Shown: positions 51,383-61,700 of the stretch, piece by piece
Position numbering within the stretch: the first letter of the stretch is position 1
Layout: every line of letters begins with the position of its first letter
Source of the DNA: Azolla caroliniana
Lineage: Eukaryota; Plantae; Polypodiophyta
DNA: 64,000 nt
Direction of reading: 5' to 3'
Assembly (NCBI GenBank): GCA_043228905.1
Contig: JBHGNT010000015.1
Location: forward strand, 17,918,001-17,982,000
The notes under the pieces: model-generated
Database searches by the model: none
Seen by the model: only the letters and a program-made list of their open reading frames with translations
What the model was told of the DNA's origin: nothing
Position numbers and translations under genes: made by a program

Positions 51383-51646
51383 GATACGTAATCGAGGTAT
51401 ATACCTCTACGCACACGAAACATCCACAAATAAGAGATCATCGTAATACGCAATGGAGGTATTGACCTCTTACGCATACGAGACCAAACGCATATCGTTT
51501 ACAACAAATCAAGGTATTAAACTCATACGCAAACGTAACATATGTTCGTGAACGTAATACGTAATTGAGGTATTAACCTCGTACGCATACGACACTCATC
51601 ACATATTATTAATATGTCAAACGAGGTATTGACCTCGTGCACATAT
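51383..51646. repeat. Array of five hairpin repeats with core GAGGT-N4-ACCTC in the leader of element I
   Basis: Cores at 51394, 51456, 51511 (degenerate), 51567 and 51623, spaced 62, 55, 56 and 56 nt. Confidence 0.85.
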
Positions 51647-54600
51647 GTAAACGTTTTAGATAATCAATTAAAGACCACTACAACATCATTGACTTAATGA
51701 AAAAAATTACATATAAACTAAACACATGATTAGATGGGAGAAGAGAGAATAGAAAGAAAAATTATGGAAAGAGTTACCGAAGTTCTTTGTTGATCGTTGT
51801 CTGGATCAAGGCCAACCGCACAACGATCCATCAGCATCAATCAAAAGACAAATGAAAAACAAAGAAACATTAGTACAAAAATCTGATACCAAATATTATA
51901 GATCTAAGTACTAAAGTAAGCTTAAGATAAGGATAAAGAAATGAAAGATAGAAAGGAGAAAGAGAAAGAAGGGTGCCGATCCACCCGACCACCCCCGAGC
52001 GAAGGGATCGAGACGGACTCGAGCCTCGATCGGCGTCCCATACCACCGCCGTGGCGTCGAGTCGTACCTGGTGCCGGCGCGCTCGCTACAAGAGTTGACC
52101 CACCACACGAGCAGAGTCTCGATGTAGTCAAAAGATCATCAAATGAGGGTAGCTAGGCCTCTTATTTATAGCGATACCCAAGGCCCCCAGGCAAGTTCAC
52201 ACTTGACCTAATGGATTGTCTCAATCCCGAGGATTAAAAGTAATCCTCCCCTTCTTTACACTCTCGTTTAACCCTCACACTTATCCACGTGTATAGAATA
52301 CTACGGTAAATTCTTACCACGGGATATTATATGGTCATGCCCGTAACAGTAGGTGCCATTGTCATTGGCGCTTGTCAAGCATAAGGCCCGAACCACCTCT
52401 ATGTAAATTTCCGCATCACCTTGTGCTAGTTGTCGAGGCTGTTGTCGTAGACCAGAACCCAGTCACCTTCCTCGATTTTCTTCGGTCGTAGTCGGTGAGT
52501 CCGATCGAATCGCCCCTTGTTCTTTGTCCTTGCCACATGCAGCTTCGTTGTTGCTCGTTCCACATCCTTCTGTCTTTGCTCGAGCTATCGGATTCGCGCC
52601 GCTAACAACTCCTCCCGGCTCATCTTGTCTCTCTTGTCCACCGCAGCCCATGAGGAGATCATTCGCTCCATCGGCATGATTGGCTTCTGCCCGTACATCA
52701 GCTCCGCCGGCATGAACCTAGTTACCAAACAGTGTGTAGTTCGGTCCGCCCACAACACGTAAGGTAGGAGCCGCGGCCAATTCCCGACTTGGCCTTCACA
52801 TGCCAGTACCAACGCCTTTACGATTGGCCCGTGTCTGCGTATATCCCGTAGGAAGAATCGGTACGCTTTCTTCCAGATTGGGTTAGCCTCTTCCTTCATC
52901 CACCCCGCGTCCGGGGTCATCGTTTTTAGGAACCCACCAATCTAGAGCCACTCCCCGTCGTACTTGCTCTCGTCGAACTCGTTAAGCGCCGGAGTGCCCC
53001 CCTTTCTCGTCTTCACGTAAGCCATCTTCAAGAAGTCCACTCCGACTTCCTCGTCCTCTGAAACCATGATGCCCTTGTCATCAAACCTCGCTCTCGAAAG
53101 CATGTCGGCCATGGCGTTGTCCTTCCCGGAGATGTGCTGAATCTCCAGATTCAGGGACTTAATGTATGTTATCCACCTTAGCATTGCCAGGTCTAGAGTC
53201 GCGCATCCGGAAACCATACCGAGAATCGGTAGGCTGTCTGTCTCTATTATTACCTCTGTCCCGATTAGGTAGTCTTTGTCGGCCTTGACCGCCGAACCGG
53301 AATCCCAGAGTTTGCATTTAACCTGGGTGTATCCTCGTTGTCGCTCGCTAATTACTTTCGCACCGAATCGGATGGGGAACCTCATGCTGTTCTCATCCTC
53401 CTAGTTGATCACCCATCCGATTCTAGTCGGACTCGTGTCTACGGTTACATAAATCACAACATGTTTGCCGTAGACCGCTTTCAGGAGTGTCGGTACCACG
53501 GCAAGCGCTTCTTCCATTTGTTGGACCGACTCCGCATGCTCCCCGCTCCACTCGAACTTGCGCCCTTTCTTCAACAACCCGTAGAGCAGCTCCGCGATAT
53601 GGGCGTAATGCAGGATCCAAATGTGGTAGAACTCGCAAGCTCCCAAGAACCTCCGGACTTCTGTAACCGACTTGCAGTCTTCCTTCATCGCGGAGATAGC
53701 CTCCACCTTAGCCGGAGACGGTTTCCGGCCATAAGGCCCACACAGGTGTCCGAAGACCATGATTTCCGACTGTCCGAAAGCCGATTTCTCCATAGAGAAG
53801 GTGAGCCGCGTGCCTTCCAGCTTCTGTAGCACCTTCTCGCAGTCTCCGATGTGGTCCGAGACGAATTTCCGACACCCATCCAATCCGACCATTTCGTCCT
53901 TATCCTCCACCAGACATCCCTTTATCGGAATGTTATCCAAAAACGGCATGGTGATGTCTGGGATGCAGTCCCTTAGCACCTTATTCATCACATTCACCAT
54001 GTGTGCTACCGAGTTTGTCCCCCCTTGCGGAAGGGTACACATCCGCACTAGGCCAAGAGGAGTCCGCATTGTCGTAATATCCATGCTCTATACGACTAGT
54101 TGGAATTGGTTGTACCCCGAGTACAGATCCCCAACTGAGTAAATCAACCTTCCGGCGAAAGCCTCCGTGAACTCGTCAATGGTCGGTCCGATTCCTACGT
54201 TCTGAATGGTCACCCTGTTGACCGGCTACAGGTCCTGAATAAAGTGCAACGTGCCGTTCTTCTTTGGCACGGTAAACCACCGATTCGAGTATGGGGCACT
54301 CGACAGTTCGAGGATGCCCATCTCCACCTTCTGCTTCAACAGTTCCATTAGCTTCGGGATGTGAGCTCTGGGTACTGGAATCGGTTTGAGATTCCACGGC
54401 ACATGCGGTACCGTGAAGATAACCATCAGCTCAACGACCGCCGGGTCGGGTCTACGCACCCAATCTCTTCCGGCAAGAATGTGAAGGCCTTCCTGTGCCT
54501 CCCGAGCATTCTCCGAAACCGTTCCTCCTCCGCCGGTAATAGAAAACCACCCCCACCAACCTTGAGCTCCCGTAGCGTTATGTTGGTGAACAAGTGTCCT

Positions 54601-56610
54601 ATGCCGGCAGGATCTCGTAAACTTGGGTCCGACGCGACCCCTTTCATCCGTAACTCGCTGCCCTCCGACAAGGGTGTCGGGACTGGTCTCACCTTCCGGT
54701 CCACGGTCTTGTACCTTGTATCCACATGGGCCATCCGATCCGACTCGACCCCTTTCCCGAAGTCAGTGATGACTTCGTACATCCGTTCTGAACTAACCAG
54801 AATCGTCTTGTCTTCACTAAGGCCTTCTTCGAGCACGTTCCTCAGATCTCCCAAGGTGTCATCGAAAGAGACTGCCTCCACGGCGTTGCCTATCACTTCG
54901 TCGGGGCCTAGGACTCCGCATGCCCTAAGATGTTCCTTCACCCGTTTCTTCTCCCGGCCGCTAATGCCGGTTATTGTACAACCTCCGTTGTCAGAGAACC
55001 AAAATTTCCTGTCAATAGTAAAGCGTTCCCTTCCTATAGTACACTTGTGGGGGTTTTCCGGGGTGTCCAGACTATCGCGGCCCCATGCCTTGATAGACCT
55101 CTCTAAAAACCCCCTCGACCTTCGCCGCCGAGGGTCTCACAATTGCGCTCGTGGTTCGGTCGCACCGTTAGAAATTGGACGGAGTTCCGCCCATCTTGGC
55201 TCTTCACTCGAGCGTACGCCGAACCGTTATCCAGCACCTTCGTCTCCATGCGTGTTGTCGTAATGTACGGTTGTCCGAGTATCACCGAATGTGAGGATGT
55301 CTCTTGCACGAAGAAGTGTTGGTCAATCTCGACATCACCGATTTTCACCCGTACATTTGGGTAGGCCCCGTGTAGCTCCTCCATGGCGCGCGTCGCCACT
55401 CGTATTTTCCACCTGTGCTTGGTGTTGATCGGCCACTTGCCCTTCTTGTAGAAGTCCATAGACATCAGGTTGATCTCCAAACCGTGGTCTACTAGACATC
55501 TCCGATCTGAACCAGGGTCTCCGTAGTGGCTCTTTCCTAGTGCAGCTTCAAATAGTGGCTTTCCGCCAACTCGTCTTCCAGGGCCATATCTTCTAGGTGT
55601 GTCGTTCGCACCTCCACCGGCTTCTCTGGCTTCACCAAGTCCACAATGGAGTCATGCAATTCTTTCTTGGCGATCCCAAGCACTTCCCTCAGCGACAGCT
55701 CCACCTTTTTTAAGATTGCTTAAAGTGTGCGGCACTTCATCGAGGGTTGTTTGGGGTGGACTCAAGTTTAGATCTTATTTGTATGTCTAAACATAAGTAG
55801 TGATATAGTTTTAGAAGAATAGAAAAGTGAGGGCGTGGGTGGGGGTTAGGGGAGTGTAGCTTGTTGAAATTATCAAAAGTATTTAAACCTAATCAAAGTT
55901 TTTAGAATATATTAAAGATCATTGGGATAACTTAAGTTATTAGACAACAATAACGTACTATTAAAACACCAATATAGAGTATTATTAAAACGGGACCACA
56001 CGCTTAGATGAACGAGAGTTGTTTAAACACACGCTTAAGCAAACACTTAAAAGAAAGATTATTATAAAAAATAAGAATAAAAATAAAAATAGAAAAGAGA
56101 GATTGAGATTAAAAAATGATTATGGTTAAGAAGGGATTATGATTAAGGGGGAAGGGGTTGCTAAACAAAGTACTTAAACGAATGTTTAAACAAATATTTA
56201 GATAAGAAAACACTTGGGCAGACACTTAACGCAAGGTTAGGATTAAAAGAGAAGGGAGGGATTATGGTTAAAGAAAAGGGGTCATGGTTGAGAAGAGAAT
56301 GATTATGATTAAGAGAGGAGAGTACTTAAACAAATGTTTAAACAAAAAGTTAAACCTAAAAATGATTGAACAAGTACTTAAAAAAAAGGGGTTAAACAAG
56401 TACGTAATAAAAATGTTTATTAAACAAGTACTTAATAGAAAATGATTAAATAAATGCTTAAAAACTTAAGACAAAAAAAAATTTGATAAAAAAGTGATTA
56501 AACAAGTACTTAATAAAAATTTATTAAATAAGTACTTAAGAACTTAAGACAAAAAATTAGATAAGAGCAACACATAGAAGGAAAGAAAGTTTTACTATCA
56601 TAAGGCAACG

Positions 56611-56656
56611 ATCGGCAAATGCATTTCGCCTCGATGGAGGCTCTTCAGTGCCCGAT
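56611..56656 (-). ncRNA. Minimal type-I hammerhead ribozyme
   Basis: Minus strand: AUCGGGCA CUGAAGA GCCUC-CAUC-GAGGC GAAA UGCA U U UGCCGAU. It has the conserved core boxes, a 5-bp stem II, a 7-bp stem I with one bulge, and a palindromic AUGCAU stem III. Confidence 0.85.
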
Positions 56657-56693
56657 GTACAAATGATGAAAACTAAGCCTACTAGGTTGCTCT

Positions 56694-56700
56694 TTTTATA
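56694..56700 (-). promoter_or_regulatory. TATA box upstream of the hammerhead
   Basis: CCCTATAAAAAG on the minus strand, about 40 nt upstream of stem I. Confidence 0.5.
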
Positions 56701-58787
56701 GGGAGAGGGAGGAGAGTCCTTTGTATGTGGGACATACAAAAGTGTGTACAAAGGGAAGGTAAAAGAGTGTACACAAGACTTTAGGTGGGGGTTAAGAGGG
56801 GTGAGAGTACATAAAACATTAGGTGGGGGGAAAGGATGCGTGTACTAGGTGGTTTCTTAGTTTTTTACCATTTAGCCAACACGTGAGAGGGGGTGTAAGG
56901 GAATTGTATTGTGGTTGTCCTAGAAGGGGTTTAAGTTTGTTTCTCACGAGCGCTCCGATTTGGAGTTTTTTGATACAAGGGGAGTATCGAAGCTTAAAAA
57001 CAATGGGTGGAGGTTTTTTGTTGTTGGGTTGGTTAGAGAGTAGTTGGTTTCGTATGGAGTAGGGGACGGTCGAAAAACACTTGAGTAGGAACTTCGATGG
57101 GTAGCCCCTAGCTCTTAGGCGGTCGTAGAAGGACCTTCTACAGGTCCGTCATTCTTTCTATCTCGATACTCAACCGGTAACCGGCTTTCTTTGTTGTATC
57201 TGGTGTGCCGGAAGTACCGGCGTCATTCTGCTTCGGCCCAAACCGGGTCTCATACCGTTGCGAGGGTTTGGCCCCTCCGGCCTTCCCCGCATGTATGTCT
57301 TCTACCAGAACCTCGTAGTTCTGGCACGCAGCTTCCACGAAGCTGGACTTTTCCTCAACCGGATCGCTCCACCCGGTGACCTCCCGGACCCGTCTTTCCG
57401 CGCGGTCTGCTTCCTCCTTCCTCAACCGCACACCGGTGAGGCCTTCTAGCACCAACGGCCAAAACCCAAAGTCCTTCGTCTTCCGGCCTTCGTCACTCCC
57501 AACCCGGATTCCTGCCGACGCCAAGTAGTGGATGGTCTCCACATGGCGTGCTGCCACATCTTCCATCAGCCTTTTCATTCCTCCTCGTCCGATATTCAAC
57601 TCCAAGGCTCTCTAGGTCTCGCTAGCGTGCACCCACCCATTCGACAGGTACACCATGTTAGCCCTTATCACTTCTGCGAAGTCCACGCAGTCCTTCCGAA
57701 TGTGACCGACCGCGTCACACAACAAGCACCAATGCCCACCCGGAGGCCTCCGGTCGTGAAATTGCTCGTCGTCGTCCCTCCTTGCTTGTGCAATTTGTAG
57801 GTCTCATACCATTTGCGTCAGCTCTTCGAGAGCCACTCCTCCGGACGGGCCTTTGACCACGTTGGTCGATGTCGAGCCTGTCTCAAACCAATCCCGGGTT
57901 TCCTCCCTTCGTGTCGGTAGGGGTCCCTCGAGCTTTCTTGCTGCAATAAATCCCGCGCCCGATGAGCCCTTGTCGCCCCCACTCACGTCGTTTGTCGAAA
58001 CGGCCGTAGACTCTTTTCACCACGGTCCAGTTAGTCGTCAGGCCGTCATTTGTCTCCAGCAGGAGACCCACTTACTCCCGATCCCGCACGTCCACAGCCT
58101 TTACGAACAACAAAACCCGGCTCGTATCTAGTATGGTCATGTCCAGTGCCGAGAGCCATACAAAGCGTTCCTCAAACTCCCGGAGGAGCACCAACACGTT
58201 TCTCCCCTTTTCGGGTGTCTCCACCCACTCCATGAAATCCTGCTTCGACAGCCGAAGCACGTCATCAAGCCCGTACTTCTCAAAGAGCCAACCTTCGAAT
58301 TCTTCCCAGGTCCGGCACTCAGCCCGCACCTCGAGCACCTCCGCGTGGATGCCCGTCATTGCCACCCGAGGGAATCCGGCCAGCCGCCTGTCCTCCGGAA
58401 TGTCCCTCATTACCATTTCGGCTCAGTAGGCCTCTAGATAGCTCACGGTGTCCTTCCCACCGAACCGGCCTATCGCACCAACAATTGCTTCGATGGCCCT
58501 GTCGAGGGCGTTTGTGCCCTCACACGCACTCACTATCCAATCAATGGCAGAAGCCATGGCTTCGGCAAGTTCCGATCCCCTCATCTTTCGATTCCTCTGC
58601 CGCCTTGTTTCACGTCGGTTTCACCAAATAATGTCGTGTTATTCTGCATGCGCAGGAGAAACCAAGGCGGGACCGCGGGGGGGCTGAACCGGGGAATAAC
58701 TTAACAGAGGGAGGAGCGACACAAAACCACGGTAGAGCCACGCACACAAATACACAGAGAACTCACAACAAAGATCGAACAACGAAT

Positions 58788-61700
58788 TGTTGGGATTACG
58801 GTCCCTTCGGATGGGATGGTCGGATGTCGGAGACGAATGCCGACGAGCCCGGTTTTCGGTTTCGGAACCGGATGATGAAGACCCCGGCTTCGGAGCCGGA
58901 TGACGAATGTACCCGGAGAGAGATCCGGATGCAGGGACATATCCGTGAATATGTTTGCTAAGGGCCCCTGAGGCTATAGTTGTAAATAGCCCCAAAGTCA
59001 TATATGTATAAATATGACTTAGGGCAAACAGTTTTAGTGTTGCTGATCATTTTTCTGTTTTTCCACTCAAGAGGAGTGAAGAGGGAGCAGCCGTGAGAGA
59101 GAGAGAGAGATAGAGCGTGAGAGAGGAAGAGGACGACGCCTCTGTGTATTTCCGCCGCCTGTGGCGAGGACAGCGAGCTCAAGGTCGTCGCCTTGCAGCT
59201 CGCCATTGTATACTTCTCTGTATAGTGTTGGTTTGGAGTCCTGTACTCCCGTGGTTTTTTCCCGTCTAGGGTTTTCCACGTTAATCCCTGTGTGTTCGCG
59301 TTTTGTTTCTCCGTGTGGTTCCTATTTTCTGCTCCATTGATTCGTGCTTACTCGGTTGTGGCCGAGCGGTGAAGGTGAATCGAGTCGTCGATTCCCAACA
59401 AACTGGTATCAGAGCGGGTTGCTGCAGAAAATGGAAGGCGGCGGCAGCGGGCAGCCGGGGATGATGGTGCTGACTGCGCAGAATTACGCCGACTGGAAGA
59501 TCAAGATGGAGGATCTTCTGATTGTTCGGGACCTGTACAAATCGATTGACAGGTCGGAAATACCGAAAGGGGTACTTGAGTCGGAATGGAGGCTTCTGAA
59601 CCGGAAAGCCGTTGCAACCATTCGGCAATACGTCGACGTGAGCGTTCTACAACATGTGGCGAACGACACCAACGCATATGAGATGTGGCGGAAGCTGTCG
59701 GGCCTCTATGAGAGGAAGAATGCGTTGAACCGGACCTCCCTGATGAGGAAGATAGTGAATCTCAAGTACCGGGACGGCGAGAGTATGGTGGAACACGTAA
59801 GCACGTTCATGGGATTCGTGAATCAGCTTGCGGCGATCAAGTTCCCGTTGGAGGATGCAATGCAAGCCATCATCCTGATGTGTACATTGCCGGAAAGCTG
59901 GGAGAACTTGGTGGTGACTCTCCGCACCTCCTGCACCGAAGATAACTTGTCCTTACAAACGGTAAAGACAAGTATTTTGAACGAAGAAGCGCGTCGGAGA
60001 GATAAAGAACCGGCCTCCGACTCGAAGGCGCTGCTTACCGAATCGGATCGGGGAAGGCACTACCGAAAAGACAACGGAGCCGACGACACCGATTCGAAGA
60101 AGTCACCGGAGAGAAACGGTGCATACCGGGGAGCCACGGACCGGAGAGGTTCGGATCGGCGAGGGCAGGACCGGAAAGGAACGACGGCACTCGCGGAGAG
60201 TGAGGAAGAAATCATGCTCATCACCGAAGAAGGTGAACTAAACATTGCCGACAATGAGACGACCTGGGTGGTCGATTCCGGAGCATCGTTCCACCTGACC
60301 CCGGAGAGAAGATACTTCTCATCCTACACAGCCGGTGAGCATGGCTGTGTTCGGATGGGAAATGAAGGTACGTGCCGGATTGCCGGCATCGGAGACGTGT
60401 GGTTGACAACCCCGACCGGATGCAAAATGTTGCTGAAGGATGTCCGACACGTTCCGGAGGTTCGATTGAACCTGATTTCGGCCGGGAGGCTAGACGATGA
60501 AGGCTACACAGGTAGCATCCGGAACGGCGTAATGAAGTTCAGCAAGGGGAGCCTGATAGTGGCTCGGGCCCGGAAAGACAACACATTGTACCTGATGAAT
60601 GCCCGGTTGTGTCCGGAAGAGTTGAACGTGGCAGCCGACACTGCCGGTGAGCTGTGGCACAAGAGACTGTGCCACATGAGTGAGAAGGGGATGAAGAGGC
60701 TTGCAGAAGACAACCTTATCCCAGTGAAGCATGTGCACCTGGAGAAGTGCACCGATTGCCTGGCCGGTAAGCAGAACCGAACCTCCTTCCACTCAAGGCC
60801 ACCGACGAGACGTAGCGCACCATTGGAGTTGGTGCACACTGATGTGTGTCAGGTAGAAACGAAGTCACATGGCGGAGCCCAGTACTTCGTAACATTCATC
60901 GATGATCATAGCCGAAAACTGTGGACGGCACCGCTGAAGACAAAGGACCAAGTGTTGTCCGTCTTCAAAGAACTCCACGCGAGAGTGGAAAGGGAATCCG
61001 GCAAGAAGCTGAAAGCGATACGAGCGGATAACGGAGGGGAATACCGGGGGCAGTTCGCGGAGTACTGTCGCTCGAAGGGAATCCGGCTCGAGTTTACTGT
61101 GCCGAAGACGCCGGAACTGAACGGGCTGGCCGAGAGGATGAACCGGACCATAATGGAGAGGGTCCGGAGTATGCTGGCGCATGCGGAATTACCCAAGGGG
61201 TTTTGGGCTGAGGCGATGTCGACGGCGACATACGTGATAAACAGATCACCCTCAGTACCTTTGGACGGAGACACGCCGCAGAGAGTGTGGACCGGTAGGG
61301 AAGTATCCTACCGGCATCTGAAGGTGTTCGGGTGTCTCGCATACGTGCATGTGGCAAAGGACCGGAGAGGAAAGCTAGATCCAAAGACCCAGCCATGCAT
61401 ATTCCTCGGTTACGGCGACGATGAGTTCGGCTACCGAGTATGGGACCCGGTCGACAAGAAGATATTCAGGAGTCGAGACATCATCTTCATGGAGGACAAG
61501 ACACTCGCCGACTGGGAGTCGGAGAAGAAGATGAAGAGCTCCAAGTCGACTGGTGAGAATCAACTCTACGAGGAGCAGTCCCGACCGGCAAGGGACCGGT
61601 TAGCACTCGAGGATCCGGCCGAAGACGGTGAAGAAACAGAACCGGCCGAAGAAGATGAAAATGATACCGGAACCGGCCCCGATCCCGAAATGGATTCGGA

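Larger units (their letters stand above)
47421..52348 (-). mobile_element. Chromovirus gypsy element I, internally deleted (most of RNase H and the integrase core lost)
   Basis: LTRs at 47421-47876 and 51894-52348. TSD GTAGG. PBS-Met TGGTATCAGA at 51882-51891. PPT near 47879-47890. Chromodomain-like EFKIKWMDKSIKDATWE. Confidence 0.94.
55708..57129 (-). mobile_element. Non-coding insertion of about 1.4 kb carrying a hammerhead ribozyme (candidate non-autonomous Penelope-like element or retrozyme)
   Basis: Interrupts J gag-pro at a site that is continuous in C. About 22 bp of target missing, no TSD, no TIR, and no TG..CA ends. AT-rich with AAACAAGTACTTAA repeats. Confidence 0.7.
52354..58583 (-). 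pseudogene. gag-pol: J gag-protease and pol, disrupted; integrase core deleted near 52835
   Basis: ORFs 58072..58416, 57138..57605, 55103..55480, 54426..54941, 53401..54084, 52942..53385 and 52585..52920 are homologous to B and C. Confidence 0.88.
45485..58787 (-). mobile_element. Ty3/gypsy element J (Trp-primed lineage); its 5' LTR is interrupted by copia K and continues beyond the window
   Basis: 3' LTR at 45485-47183 (with nested solo LTR). PPT at 47185-47200. 5' LTR from 58632. PBS-Trp at 58610-58626. ORFs homologous to C. Confidence 0.9.

Noticed and set aside
51383-51646. CRISPR-like appearance of palindromic repeats with variable spacers
   Set aside because: The repeats are degenerate, lie inside a eukaryotic retrotransposon leader, and no cas genes are present.
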